A DNA stretch of 64,000 nucleotides from Macrostomum hystrix (GCA_950097015.1 CATNEN010000001.1:17360001-17424000); one strand, 5' to 3'. Shown: positions 49,501-62,774, counted from the first letter of the stretch. The notes: generated by a model not told the origin, from the sequence alone. A program made the numbers and translations.

Positions 49501-52153
49501 CAGGATCTCAGCCACAGGATCTCAAAGCCACAGGATCTCAAAACTACAGGATCTCAAAACCACAGGATCTCAAAGCCACAGGATCTCAAAACCACAGGAT
49601 CTCAAAACTACAGGATCTCAAAGCCACAGGATCTCAAAACTACAGGATCTCATAACCACAGGATCTCAAAACCACAGGATCTCAAAGCCACAGGATCTCA
49701 AAACTACAGGATCTCATAACCACAGGATCTCAAAACCACAGGATCTCAAAGCCACAGGATCTCAAAACTACAGGATCTCATAACCACAGGATCTCAAAAC
49801 CACAGGATCTCAAAGCCACAGGATCTCAAAACTACAGGATCTCATAACCACAGGATCTCAAAACCACAGGATCTCATAACCACAGGAGCTCAAAACCACA
49901 GGATCTCAAAATCACAGGATCTCAAAACCACAGGATCTCAAAGTTCCAGGATCTCAATACTACAATATCTCAAAACCACAGGATCTCAAAACCACAGGAT
50001 CTCAAAGCCACAGGATCTCAAAACCACAGGATCTCAAAACCACAGGATCTCAAAGCCACAGGATCTCAAAACTACAGGATCTCATAACCACAGGATCTCA
50101 TAACCACAGGATCTCAAAACTACAGGATCTCAAAGCCACAGGATCTCAAAACTACAGGATCTCATAACCACAGGATCTCAAAACTACAGGATCTCAAAGC
50201 CACAGGATCTCAAAACTACAGGATCTCATAACCACAGGATCTCATAACCACAGGATCTCAAAACTACAGGATCTCAAAGCCACAGGATCTCAAAACTACA
50301 GGATCTCATAACCACAGGATCTCAAAACTACAGGATCTCATAACCACAGGATCTCAAAACCACAGGATCTCAAAGCCACAGGATCTCAAAACTACAGGAT
50401 CTCATAACCACAGGATCTCAAAACCACAGGATCTCATAACCACAGGAGCTCAAAACCACAGGATCTCAAAATCACAGGATCTCAAAACCACAGGATCTCA
50501 AAGTTCCAGGATCTCAATACTACAATATCTCAAAACCACAGGATCTCAAAACCACAGGATCTCAAAGCCACAGGATCTCAAAACCACAGGATCTCAAAAC
50601 CACAGGATCTCAAAGCCACAGGATCTCAAAACTACAGGATCTCATAACCACAGGATCTCATAACCACAGGATCTCAAAACTACAGGATCTCAAAGCCACA
50701 GGATCTCAAAACTACAGGATCTCATAACCACAGGATCTCAAAACCACAGGATCTCAAAGCCACAGGATCTCAAAACTACAGGATCTCATAACCACAGGAT
50801 CTCATAACCACAGGATCTCAAAACTACAGGATCTCAAAGCCACAGGATCTCAAAACTACAGGATCTCATAACCACAGGATCTCAAAACTACAGGATCTCA
50901 TAACCACAGGATCTCAAAACCACAGGATCTCAAAACCACAGGATCTCAAAACCACAGGATCTCAAAACCACAGGATCTCAAAACTACAGGATCTCATAAC
51001 CACAGGATCTCAAAACCACAGGATCTCAAAACCACAGGATCTCAAAGCCACAGGATCTCAAAACTACAGGATCTCATAACCACAGGATCTCAAAACCACA
51101 GGATCTCAAAACCACAGGATCTCAAAACCACAGGATCTCAAAGCCACAGGATCTCAAAACTACAGGATCTCATAACCACAGGATCTCAAAACTACAGGAT
51201 CTCAAAGCCACAGGATCTCAAAACCACAGGATCTCATAACCACAGGATCTCAAAACCACAGGATCTCAAAACCACAGGATCTCAAAATCACAGGATCTCT
51301 AAAAAACAGGTTCTCAAGACCCAAGATTTTAAATTCCCAGGATCTTAAAGTCCAGCATCCCAGGATGTTGAAGTCCAAATGTCGTACTCACATCCGCAAT
51401 GAACTCGATAGCCAGCTCCCGGATCTTCTGCTCGGCCTCAGTTATCTGGCGCTCAGTGCTGGCCACTCGCTCCACATACTTCTCGTAGACTTCAATCTTG
51501 CCCTTGCAGTCGGCAAGGATGCCTTCGATGTCGGATTTGTACTTGACGACAGCTTCGCTGAAGTTGGACACCTCGTGGTCCTTGTGCTCGTTGAAGGTGC
51601 AGATGATGCAGATGCAGGCTTGGCAGGGCTCGCAGTAGAACCGCACAACCTCATCTTCGTGCTCCTTGCAGATGACATCCTTCTCCGTTTCGACGTCAAA
51701 AATCGAATGATCGCGCGTGACCTTGGTCTCTTTGTGCTGTTCGACGCACGCGGCGCAGAGCAGCTTGTTGCAGTCCAGGCACTTGCTAGCTGCGTCGCGC
51801 AGCTTCTTGGACACCGTCTTGCAGATGTCACAGTTGGGCGTGGTGGCCGCCTTCTGCCGGTCCATCGTGTCCGACAGATTCGAAATGAGAAAGTTGTCAG
51901 GCAGCTTCTTGGCTCCTCCCACCGGCAGCTGTGTCCGCTTGCGGCAGAGCGGGCAGGTGAACTCGCGGTAGTCCGAGTACTTCTTGTAGGCCGCCTCCGA
52001 TGCGATGTGGTTCTCGATGCAGACTTCGCAGAAGGTGTGCAGGCAAGCCAGACATTTCGGCGTCTTGAACGACTCCATGCAGATTTTGCAGACGAGAAAC
52101 TCGTCGTGAATCTCTTGGACCAGCTTGCCAGCGGAGCCGACCGCGGCTGACAT
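46573..52153 (-). CDS. Tripartite motif (RING, B-box1, B-box2, coiled coil) E3 ligase, TRIM2/3/45/56-like, with a low-complexity C-terminus
   Basis: Exons 52153 (frame open to 52297)-51392, 47895-47546 and 47083-46573, phase-consistent. RING CKIC...CLHTFCEVC...CPLC, B-box1 CDIC...CLDC...C..C...H....H, B-box2 CKEH...FYCEPC...CIIC...H..H, then a coiled coil. Confidence 0.88.
47197..47522. repeat. 20-bp minisatellite in TRIM intron 2
   Basis: Unit ctcacctactcactcccaag, about 16 copies. Confidence 0.95.
47986..51300. repeat. 16-bp satellite (about 200 copies) filling TRIM intron 1
   Basis: Unit caggatctcaaaacca with variants (aagcca, aaacta, taacca) arranged in higher-order blocks. Confidence 0.95.
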
Positions 52154-52306
52154 GATGGGCGATGGGCTGAAGCGGGAGCCGCCACTGGTAGACGGTTTCG
52201 CAAGGGAGCTGGGCTGATCCACCACACTCTTGGAGCGCACCTTCTCTTCGCCTGTGGAGTCTGAGTTCGATTGTATGGCTTGGTACAGCAACAGCAATTG
52301 TAGGCC

Positions 52307-52660
52307 CTAGACCCATTCTGCCCATTCTCCTGAGCACTCACACAAGTGTGTACATCTGCCCTGACTATCTCATTGTACACTCCCACTGTGTCATAGTGTT
52401 TGGGGTGGTGAGTGGCAGAGCGGTTAACGCGTTTCGCCTCTCGCACCAAGGTCCCTGAGCTCGATTCCGCGGCGAGACCACATTCATTTGTGTCCTGGGA
52501 GGCTTGTCGTGCAATTTACAGCGAAAACTGACTGACGCTGAGAAATTCAGGGCACTTGTGAGTGTGTGAGTGTGTGCCTGCGTACAGTATCTGTGTGAGT
52601 GTGTGCTCAACTGCCTCCTCGCTGGCTGCGGGTCTAGTGTTACCAAATGATGTAGTGCCT
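52307..52660. mobile_element. Two SINE family B pieces in opposite orientation
   Basis: 52307-52390 matches 1096-1250 in the same orientation. 52402-52660 is a plus-strand copy with head gtggcagagcggttaacgcg...gagctcgattcc. Confidence 0.7.
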
Positions 52661-53544
52661 ACAGCTTTTCCATAAATGTCTATATTTTAGGAAGGTTAGA
52701 ATTAAAAGATCTTGAATTTTGTAATAAAAGTTGTTTTAAAATTGTACTTTAAACTCACTTTGATTTCTGAACGCGAACCGACTAGAAATGCTGGACATTC
52801 TTTAAAATAGGCTAGTCTGAGATGCCAATGCAGTTAATCATTGATAGCCTAACGAAATTATTCAATAGAATATTGTTGCTGATTAAGCAATAAAAGTCCT
52901 GGTCGGGAAGGTTGAAAAACGTTCTTACTGAAAGCGCCTTTTTTATAACCGCATCTGGCAGCCCGGCCTCTTTAAACACTGCCGAACACAAGCCCTGTTT
53001 TTGTTCCCACAATACTGCACACCCACAGTTCCCAGAATCGCCCGCACATCCCTTCCCACGCACACAAGCGGCTTGCAGTCACCTCCCACCAACCCCCTCC
53101 CCACCGACTTTCATGATCCCTGACCGGCGAAGTGCCCGGCGGTTTCCGAAGCTCGCCAAAACGGCTTCCCTAATCGAAGATTTGTACTCGCGGGTGACGG
53201 GGAGGTTCAGCTTCAGCGGAATGTGCAACAATTTGCTGCGCTTTTTCGGGAATAAGATCCCAACGGTATGGGGAGGTGTGCAGCGATGCCGTTTTTACGA
53301 AGACGAACCAATGGGCCATCGAAGCTGAAATCCCGAAGACTAGGTCAGACAGCAAACTGTGGGCATAGAAACACTGACAGTAGGATGGAACACAGGGTGC
53401 GCTGAAGGTATAGAGCCTTTGGCATGACGTGTCAAAGGCAAACTAGTTTACTTACATGCTTCTGCCCTATGCGGTTGCCAAAATAGGAAAACTAAAGTGG
53501 ATTATTGTAGCTTTGAATGGCACTCAGTGCATGTTGGTTAGTGA

Positions 53545-53790
53545 TGCTGTCGGAGACAATGTTCTTAATGCCTTCGCCTCTCGCACCGAGTTCCCTGAGC
53601 TCGATTCCGCGGCGAGGCCACATTTATTTGGGGTGCAGCCGCGGAGAGAAGGCTTGGGGGCTTGTCGTGCAATTGACGCCAATTGAGGGCCAACCTCCAA
53701 GGCACAGTGAGAGTGTACACTGCCTGGGGATAAGAAAGTCAGGGCAGGTGTACACACCTGTGTGAGTGTGTGCTCAGTGTGTCACCAACT
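53545..53790 (+). mobile_element. SINE family B copy
   Basis: ttcgcctctcgcacc.agttccctgagctcgattccgcggcgaggcc...ttgagggccaacctccaaggcacagtg matches the other copies. Confidence 0.75.
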
Positions 53791-54594
53791 GATGTCGTCA
53801 GTCTAGCATGTAGTATTACTGAACATCGAAATTATATTTTCACATGAATTGTGACATTCTACTCTAAGTAGCACCCTAACAATGTCAGCCATAACCAACT
53901 CAACATATTTTATCAACTGTTTCTCTGATATCTATAAAGCCATTCGTGCTAATTTCGATCGATTGCGGATCTGAGCAGGGGAAACGCGAGAGTTGAGTTC
54001 CCCCCCAGTGCCGACAAAGCCGAGTGCTCAATTTCCTCTATTTTGGCTTGTTCCTAGCCAGAATTGGTGTTGCGTAGAAATGATTTTACCACTTACATAA
54101 ACTGGAGTACTGGAGTTGTGTAAGCATGCTCAAATTATTTTGCTACAGTAATTTGTGTTGTGAAATCAACTGACTGTGATTTCACATGTACTAGCTAGAA
54201 AATTGTCAAAACTTAGCCAGAATTCCTTAGTATTACGCCATTCATTCATATTGAGATGGTTTCATTCATCGTGCAATGCTGTAATTTCAATATAATAGAT
54301 TATGACAAGCAAGATTTAAAAAAACTGTGCAATAAAACAAATTTCACGAATTGATACATTAAAAATCTAATATTTATTTTTAAAACTTTGTGATAGTCGA
54401 CTTTGGAATCAGTTTAACACATAAGACCACAAAAACAAAAAACTCGAAATATTTTTTGTTAATACCGTGTCAGATGCCTCGAGAACAAAAAGATTATTGA
54501 CACATTAAAAAATATTTATGTACTTTGTCTAAACTGAGTGATTTTATCTGGATAATTGTAAGTGCATAAAAATAGTTTTTTCCTGTTAGACAAG

Positions 54595-55262
54595 ACAGGA
54601 TTGAGTTGTGTCTAACAGGATTGAGTCGTGTCTAACAGGATTGAGTCGTGTCTAACAGGATTAAGTCGTGTCTAACAGAATTGACTTGTATCTAACAGGA
54701 TTAACTTGTATCTAACAGGATTGACTTGTATCTAACAGGATTGACTTGTATCTAACAGGATTGACTTGTATCTAACAGGATTGACTTGTATCTAACAGGA
54801 TTGACTTTTATCTAACAGGATTGAGTTGTGTCTAACAGGATTGACTTGTATCTAACAGGATTGACTTGTATCTAACAGGATTGAATTGTATCTAACAGGA
54901 TTGACTTGTATCTAACAGGATTGAGTCGTGTCTAACAGGATTGAGTCGTGTCTAACAGGATTGAGTCGTGTCTAACAGGATTGAGTCGTGTCTAACAGGA
55001 TTGAGTCGTGTCTAACAGGATTGAGTCGTGTCTAACAGGATTGATTCGTGTCTAACAGGATTGAGTCGTGTCTAACAGGATTGAGTCGTGTCTAACAGGA
55101 TTGAGTCGTGTCTAACAGGATTAAGTCGTGTCTAACAGGATTGAGTCGTGTCTAACAGGATTGAGTCGTGTCTAACAGGATTGAGTCGTGTCTAACAGGA
55201 TTGAGTCGTGTCTAACAGGATTGAGTCGTGTCTAACAGGATTGAGTCGTGTCTAGCAGGATT
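54595..55262. repeat. 20-bp minisatellite with two variant blocks
   Basis: Units caggattgagtcgtgtctaa and caggattgacttgtatctaa. Confidence 0.95.
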
Positions 55263-55425
55263 AGATCTTGTATAGGCAAGTTGCAGTTGCCATATGAATA
55301 ATTAAGGTTGTGAGAGTTTACGAGTTACTTGTGAGACGCATAGAATGCTCAGAAATGTTACAAATGAACAAGTCCTCGGTTGCCGTGCAAGTCTCTGCTC
55401 GGTGAGCTCGGCTTGACGGGGTGTT

Positions 55426-56537
55426 CTAGCCTCGACACGTGAGCAGCTTCTTGAAAGCCAGCCGAAAGTCCTTGTTGAAGATGGTGTACAGTATGGGGTT
55501 CAAGCCGCTGTTGGCATAGCCCAGCCAGATCGCGAGCTCCTGGACCACCTCGACCACCTTGGACGCGGTGTCCTTGTCTCCAATGTCGCTGGGGGCTGGG
55601 GCGCTGGCTCCGTCGCTGGTGAGGCCGCGAATGAGGTACATCAGCGTGAACGGCATCCAGCAAACAATGAAGATCACAATGATGATCAGCATGCGGTGCG
55701 TGGCCCTCTGCTCCCGTTGATCAGCTCGCTGAATCTGCTGCTGCTGCTGATGCTGCTGGCTTTTTGACTGCTGCTGGCTGTGGTGCTGCTGATGCTTGCG
55801 AGACTGGAACAGCTGCTGCACCGACATTCGCTTCTTCCGCAGCGACCTGGAAGCTTCGTCGCAGACAGACTCGTTGCCGCAGTCATCCTTGGTTGTGATC
55901 GTGACCTCCTTGTCAACGCAGCTGCTAGTAGGGTGTAGTGCCACCGTGGTTGAGTCTTCGCCATTGTTTGTCGTGTGCTCAACTGGATTATTTTCATTGT
56001 CCTGCTGTTGCTGCTGCTGTTGCTGCTGCTGTTGCTCAGCTTTTCTCCTCTGCGAGGCCGCCACGCGCCCAATGCTGAGTCGTTTCTTCTGGTTCTGGCG
56101 CAGCACTCGAGCCCTGCGCTGGAGCACAATGAAGATGCGCGAGTACAGAATGATCATGACAATCAGGGGCAGGATGAAGCTCCCAGTGGCTGAATAGAGC
56201 ACGTAGTTCTTCTCTTTGAACAGGTCACACTGCACAATGTCGCTGGTATTGTCTGCCCGGACCAGGGATTTCTTGAACTTCTCCAGGGGGTTGATGAACC
56301 GCTTGCCGTCCCAGCCGACCAGTGGCGGCAGGCAGATGAGAGCACTCAGCAGCCAGATGAACAGCGAGTAGAAGCCAAAACGGCGCACCTTCCGCTGCTC
56401 CCGGTACCAGATTGGGAACACGGTGGCCGTGAAGCGATCGAAGGCAATCACGACCAGGCTCCAGATGGAGGCGGTGCAGTACAGGACGTCCAGGCTGAGC
56501 CACACGTTGCACACGGCGATGCCGAACACCCAGTGAC
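55426..56537 (-). CDS. Biogenic amine GPCR (octopamine/tyramine/alpha-adrenergic-like), last exon (ECL1 to C-terminus)
   Basis: Acceptor tttccatttag|G at 56537. WVFG..VCNVWLSLDVLYCTASIWSL..IAFDRF (Asp3.32), TM5 YSATGSFILP, long Q-rich ICL3, TM6 FIVCWMPF, TM7 WLGYANSGLNPILY. The TM1-2 exon(s) were not located. Confidence 0.9.
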
Positions 56538-56599
56538 CTAAATGGAAACGCTTCGAGGCATGAAAATACATGAAAACCATTTGCGCGTCAACTAACAGA

Positions 56600-57175
56600 A
56601 GAACTACCCCCTGACAATTATTTTGCTGCACCCGAACAGAGCAAGGCAAGCACACGAAACTCATCTTCTAAAAGATGAGGTGCGCATCTTCTGAAACAAG
56701 AATCAAGTCGCCAGCTCTTCAGACCGTCGAGATATTCAATGGTTCTGGCCGAAGGTCAGATTGTTCCAGTGTAAGAGCCAGTGTATTTCATACACCCCTA
56801 TTCACGAATTAGCACTGCGCCTCAGTGCGGCCTTGCCAGGCCTTCAAAGTTTATCAGCATGTCACCCGAATGTGCCTGCATCATCTCCGTCTTCGGTGGT
56901 CACCAAGCTTTGTCTAGACGGACTACTGGACCTTGAAGCTACAACAGGTTAAAATAGGCTGCTATGGACACCTGTGACGCGAATTTCGCCGATTTCACTG
57001 ATCAAGCCAAATATTAGGCGCAGCTCAACCACAGACACCATCGCCTAGTCTGTCAACCAATCAGTCACCACCCAACGCTGTTAGCATTCGGGCGCTGGCA
57101 AAAAATTTCATGGGGGGAGGAGGTATCCATCCTTGGTATAAAAACGGGCGGCAAAATGGCTTGGCAGTCCTACTG
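56600..57175. mobile_element. Family C interspersed element, copy 2 (in the amine GPCR intron)
   Basis: High similarity to 42150-42602; ends in gcagtcctactg. Confidence 0.7.
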
Positions 57176-58709
57176 TTGAAGTATGCTGAATGTTCCGCTT
57201 TGATGGCTCCGCTGCAACTTGTAGCAAAATGGCACAACAGTCTGACACTAGATTAGACTCACAACCCGGATCTCATGTTGCGTTTTTCATGATTAGAAAT
57301 TCCTCCCATGCGTCACAATGTGCGTCACAGCCTCGTGAAATGTAACACATTTCGGCGAAATTTCAGCTAATTAATTTTTTGTCAGAAGTCAGAAGACTAA
57401 TTAGCCTGCGAGTTCAGACTCCGAGCCTGATTCGTGTTTCATATTTCGAATTCAAATGAGCCGTCGTGGATTTTATTGACACTGGGCCCGTGACAGGAAG
57501 AGAATATGGAATCGATGATAAGGTTACATGACATGTTCTCACAAACTGAAGGATGGGTCGACAATCACCATTACGACAATCATAATCTTAATGAAAAGCT
57601 TGCGTTCCCCCAGATTAAATATGTTCCATGAATTCAAGTCAGCTTGCACTTTTACTCTGGACTGGGATCTCAATCACAGTTGTCGCGCAGAAGAATGCTG
57701 TTTTCCCGCTGACTTCGTTTTCGCTTGCGTGACGGACAGAGAAAGAATTATTCTAGAGAAAAAGAACCCTGATTTGAAATCTCGCACTGGACATGCGAAA
57801 GTTGTCATAGGGCCAGCGTATTTTGCATAATCGAATCCGGAATTGTGGCCTCGAGAGTACTTTTCAGGTCAAAAGATTTTATCCTTTCGCTGCACGGTCA
57901 GAAACAACAATAATTAATGAGAAATGCTTTCAGTTTTAGCAAAAATGCTAATTCTTTTTACAGTTTAAAATCAGTTTAAAGTGTCGGTAGATAAACAGTC
58001 GATTCCTCGAAATTCCTAGAAATTACATTGTTACATTAAAGGACACAAATGCATGCGATGCTACTCTGTTTTGCCCTGCTCAAGATACTTGCGCCCTTCA
58101 ATTTACCTCGCTCAATGATCCTATCCTGAGGCAGACTGTGTGTGCAAACTTAATACAAAAGACTAGTTACTTTCAGTACGAGCAGCAGCAGCAGCAGCAG
58201 CAGCAGCTAGGCTTTGAGCTCATCGAAAGTAAAAAATGGGGGTGGGTGTAACAAATTGCCTGCGCCTAGGCCAGTCAATGTCTCCTCTGTCTCAATGGCT
58301 TTGCCTCAAATGCTATGACAAAAGGGAAGAGAAGGGGAGGTGGATAAAGGAGTGCTCAGGAGTGTTCTCAGCGCATCTGCTTCGCAATTTTCCCCTCGCG
58401 ACAGTTGAAAGAGCCGGGATAGGATCGGATGGAAGAATTTCTGTTTCGCAATAATTCCGCCTCAGGAGGACAATTTCTGTGCTCAGGTGTGCTCAGGAAA
58501 AGACTAGAGATACAGCGAACTTGTTTAGCCGCTGCAAATTCGGAGCAATTATTCTCGGCAATGCTGCCATACTCGAACTGAAAACTGTTTTTTCCCGGCG
58601 AATAAAAGTCCTGCTGAAATGGGCAGCTGACAGCCCTCAGGCTGCTTATTGGCTAATATTGTTCTGGAAAAAATTGAAACGAGTATGAGGCTTACATCAC
58701 AAAGCGATA

Positions 58710-59089
58710 TTGTTCATACCCATTATACACGAGTTAGCACTGTGCCTCAGTGCGGCCTTGCCTGGCCTTCAAAGTTTATCAGCATGTCACCCGAATGTGC
58801 CTGCATCATCTCCGTCTTCGGTGGTCACCTACCTTTATCTAGACCGACTACTGGACCTTGAAGGGCTACAACAGGTGAAAATAGGCTACTATGGACACCG
58901 TGACGCGAATTTCTCGAATTTCACTGATCAAGCCAAAATATTAGGCGCAGCTCAACCACAGACACCATCGCCTAGTCTGTCAACCAATCAGTCACCACCC
59001 AACGCTGTTAGCATTCGGGCGCTGCCAAAATATTTTACAGGCCCCCCTGGTATAAAAACGGGTGGCAAAATGACTTGATAGTCCTACTG
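58710..59089. mobile_element. Family C interspersed element, copy 3 (truncated)
   Basis: Near-identical to 56790-57175; ends in gatagtcctactg. Confidence 0.7.
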
Positions 59090-59892
59090 AGAGTTCGATT
59101 TTCCCGGCTATTTAAAAACGTCATTTAATTGAGTTCACCGATTTGTTCTCAGAGCTGCATCCCGAGTCCCGGCGCAGTCGGCTCGTCTCCATCAATCGAC
59201 TCGGCCAGCGGGAGTGGCCGAGGTGAAAATAGCTAATCGAAACCCAGCTATTGCTAAAGCTCAATGATCCGTGCTCAGCTGTAGTGTTTGAGTCTACTCC
59301 AAGGTCTGACCCATCGGCTTTTGAGATCGATACCTACTAGGTCCAGTCTAGAGAGAGAAAGTGTCCGCGTGATGTGCCTGCTATGACTGCGATAATCAAT
59401 CACTATGTTGGTTGCAGCGGAAGAGATACAGAAGTTAATTGACCCTGTCTGGCTTGCCCTGCTAACAGTTGAACAATGTCCTTCATGCACAAGTGTCCAA
59501 GTGGTTGATTTCTATTCGATTCCATTAAGCTAAAAGTCTTTTCAGCGTAGTCCACGCTTTTGTCACATAAATAAAAGTCAGCTCGATATTTGTTAAGCAA
59601 AGACATAATTCTGTACATGCCAACCGAGTTTTATCGACATTCCATCGCCAGAAATTACTGAAACGTACTGGACGTAAATACCCCTCTAATCTTATGAGAT
59701 TGCCTAACCTCTATTTGTCGCTAAAACACTCGTAGTTAGTCTCAATTGAGAACAGAAATACTTCAGATGGATGGCTTGCCTGATTGCACTTGTTAATTTA
59801 CTATCTCGGCCCATTAGGCATTGGAATGGTCAAGTCAATAAAATAGGCACATCTTTTCCACTAAACTATTCTGCTTATAATTTTCCAACTCA

Positions 59893-60503
59893 CACACAAG
59901 TACTCAGATCATGTTGACGGCTGTGACAGACAAGTACTCAGATCATGTTGACAGCTGTGACAGACAAGTACTCAGATCATGTTGACAGCTGTGACACACA
60001 AGTACTCAGATCATGTTGACGGCTGTGACATACAAGTACTCAGATCATGTTGACAGCTGTGACAGACAAGCCTTCAGATCATCATGACGGATGTGACAGA
60101 CAAGCCTTCAGATCATCATGACGGATGTGACAGACAAGCCTTCAGATCATCATGACGGGTGACAGACAAGCCTTCAGATCATCATGACGGATGTGACAGA
60201 CAAGCCTTCAGATCATCATGACGGATGTGACAGACAAGCCTTCAGATCATCATGACGGATGTGACAGACAAGCCTTCAGATCATCATGACGGATGTGACA
60301 GACAAGCCTTCAGATCATCATGACGGATGTGACAGACAAGCCTTCAGATCATCATGACGGATGTGACAGACAAGCCTTCAGATCATCATGACGGATGTGA
60401 CAGACAAGCCTTCAGATCATCATGACGGATGTGACAGACAAGCCTTCAGATCATCATGACGGATGTGACAGACAAGCCTTCAGATCATCATGACGGATGT
60501 GAC
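59893..60503. repeat. 34-bp minisatellite with two sequential variants
   Basis: acaagtactcagatcatgttgacagctgtgacag (about 5 copies), then acaagccttcagatcatcatgacggatgtgacag (about 13 copies). Confidence 0.95.
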
Positions 60504-61433
60504 GGCCTGATCTCTTAGTGACATTACAAGCTTAGTTGTCTTGGAAGCGACTAATTGAAAATATGCGTTTATCCCAGACACACAATGTCCCAACCGTTGA
60601 AAAAATTATATTTTTTTTTTGTCGTCTTTGGTCAGACAGAAAGTACTAAGACAAGATGCGTCCGCATACAAGCGGGAAGCAACAGATATTATTTTTTAGT
60701 CCCATGAAAACTCGTCAAGCGAAAACACTCCCTAGCTGCATTGACTGCTCGCCTTGGGGGTCAGCTCAGGCTGGTTGCGCTTAGAGACCTCAAGCATGGC
60801 CCACAGCTGGTCGCTGATCGATTGCAGTTGATTTGTATGCAGCCTCGCATCTTCGCCACCTCGTTGCTACACACAACCGACAATTTGAGATGAATGCAGC
60901 AGACAAGTGATAAATTTGGTGTGTCTGTGTGAGCAGCCCTGTTGCCTTTAGGGATTTCGCCCTGAGCGAACGGAACCAGCGAATGAATGACTGCTCATTT
61001 TTCCTTTCGGGGCTCTAGAAAATTTCCTTGCTATTCATTTTCCGGGGTTAGGTGCAGCAATCAGTGACCAGCCGTGTGTGAAATGTAACCCCAGAAACAG
61101 ATGTCCGCTTCAGCTAAGACCCCTTTTGTGCTCCCTCCCCAAATCCCCAAAATCATCGTTTCTCTCTTTGCTTTGACATCTGAATCGGAGGCTATAAAGG
61201 TCTCAACTGACCCTCATTCACTGGCTTTAGTTGTGAATACGATCGCTTTGCTATTATTCATAAGAGTACAATTGGGACTAGAAAAACCTGTTTGGGTCTG
61301 TTTGGCATAATGCCAAAGCACTGTTTTGGAGCTACGGATTGACACAATGTCCAACATTCGTTGAAATCTTAAGCATGAAAGACTCACAAGAGGAGGTAAT
61401 AGTCCCAGTGATAAAAAATTTCTTACTTTAGCA

Positions 61434-62017
61434 CAGGGGTCGGCAAAGTTATTAGGTAGCGGGCCAAAGAGAGAATCGTAAAAGACGACAGCAGGCCACA
61501 TTGACTGTAGAAATTAAAAATAGGGGTGATGAGGCACAGGAGGGATGAGACACGGGAGATGAGACACGGGAGATGAGACACGGGAGAGATGAGACACGGG
61601 TGAGATGAGACACGGGAGAGATGAGACACGGGAGAGATGAGACACGGGAGAGATGAGACACGGGAGAGATGAGACACGGGAGAGATCAGGCACGGGAGAG
61701 ATGAGACACGGGAGAGATGAGACACGGGAGAGATGAGACACGGGAGAGATGAGACACGGGAGAGATGAGACACGGGAGAGATGAGACACGGGAGAGATGA
61801 GACACGGGAGAGATGAGACACGGGAGAGATGAGACACGGGAGAGATGAGACATGGGAGAGATGAGACACGGGAGAGATGAGACACGGGAGAGATGAGACA
61901 CGGGAGAGATGAGACATGGGAGAGATGAGACACGGGAGAGATGAGACACGGGAGAGATGAGACATGGGAGAGATGAGACACGGGAGAGATGAGACACGGG
62001 AGAGATGAGACACGGGA
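61434..62017. mobile_element. Second copy of the hAT MITE (left end only) with an expanded, homogeneous 16-bp array
   Basis: CAGGGGTCGGCAAAG...gcgggccaaagagagaa...aaaagacgacagc.ggcc.cattgactgta matches 42619-42695, followed by (gagacacgggagagat)n. No right TIR was seen. Confidence 0.8.
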
Positions 62018-62774
62018 GTTTCCATTGCCATTACACTTAATTTGCCATTGTAGAACTGAATGCCAATAAATAGCTATTTTTTGCTGGAGTGAAGCCCTGC
62101 CCACCCACACACACCAGTGCGAACCCAATATATTGAAGTCAGGCGGTTTCACTATTCTCAACTCCACTTGAAGTTCCCCTATATCCCCCCAATGTGAATC
62201 TCCCGGGAATCGCTCCGACCTAAACCCCTCATCGCTCAATTCGGAACAGCCAGCCAAAGCTTCCTTCTCCTTCTTCTTCTTTCGTTTGAATCCCAGATTA
62301 CTAGGGATCAGGGCTTGATTCCTTTAATCAAAGCCGATGGCTAATAGCGGGTTAAAGCCTCGACCTGCTGGCCGAAATGAGTTCGGGCGCACAGCGGCAA
62401 GTGTTATGCAAATTTGAGACAAAGAGATGAGGAACCGCGGCCGACCCGCAATGTCCGAATAGGGAACAGGCGGGATGGGAGATGGGAGATGGCGAGTCAG
62501 CCGAGTGTCCACTCCGAGTTGGCAAACAGATCGAAAGGAACACCACTTATTTTTCAAGTTACTTCTTTTGCCAAGCCGCGCCCACCCATCGATCGATCTG
62601 GTCCGAAGTGGCAAGTGGGAGGAGCTATTTTTAGCGCCGCATGGGGATTTCTAAATCCGGGTGGGGATCTGTGGCATCCCCCCGCCTCCCACATACAGGA
62701 AATAAATATGGTGCCACTGTTTTACTGCTCGATTGGCGGGAAAGTTAACTCTTTGTAATTATTCAAAATTACAT

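Noticed and set aside
47910-51300. Repeat ORFs KPQDLKTTGSQNHRIS
   Set aside because: A 16-bp satellite inside TRIM intron 1.
51365-52449. Overlapping ORFs of 261 and 335 aa
   Set aside because: Antisense or alternate-frame shadows of the TRIM exon.
56538-56664. N-terminal 42 aa of ORF 55426-56664 as the receptor start
   Set aside because: It lies upstream of a good splice acceptor and overlaps a family C repeat. It lacks TM1/TM2 motifs, so the true 5' exons are elsewhere.
61423-62257. ORFs with VSSLPCLISPVSHLSR repeats
   Set aside because: Translations of the MITE-borne 16-bp satellite.
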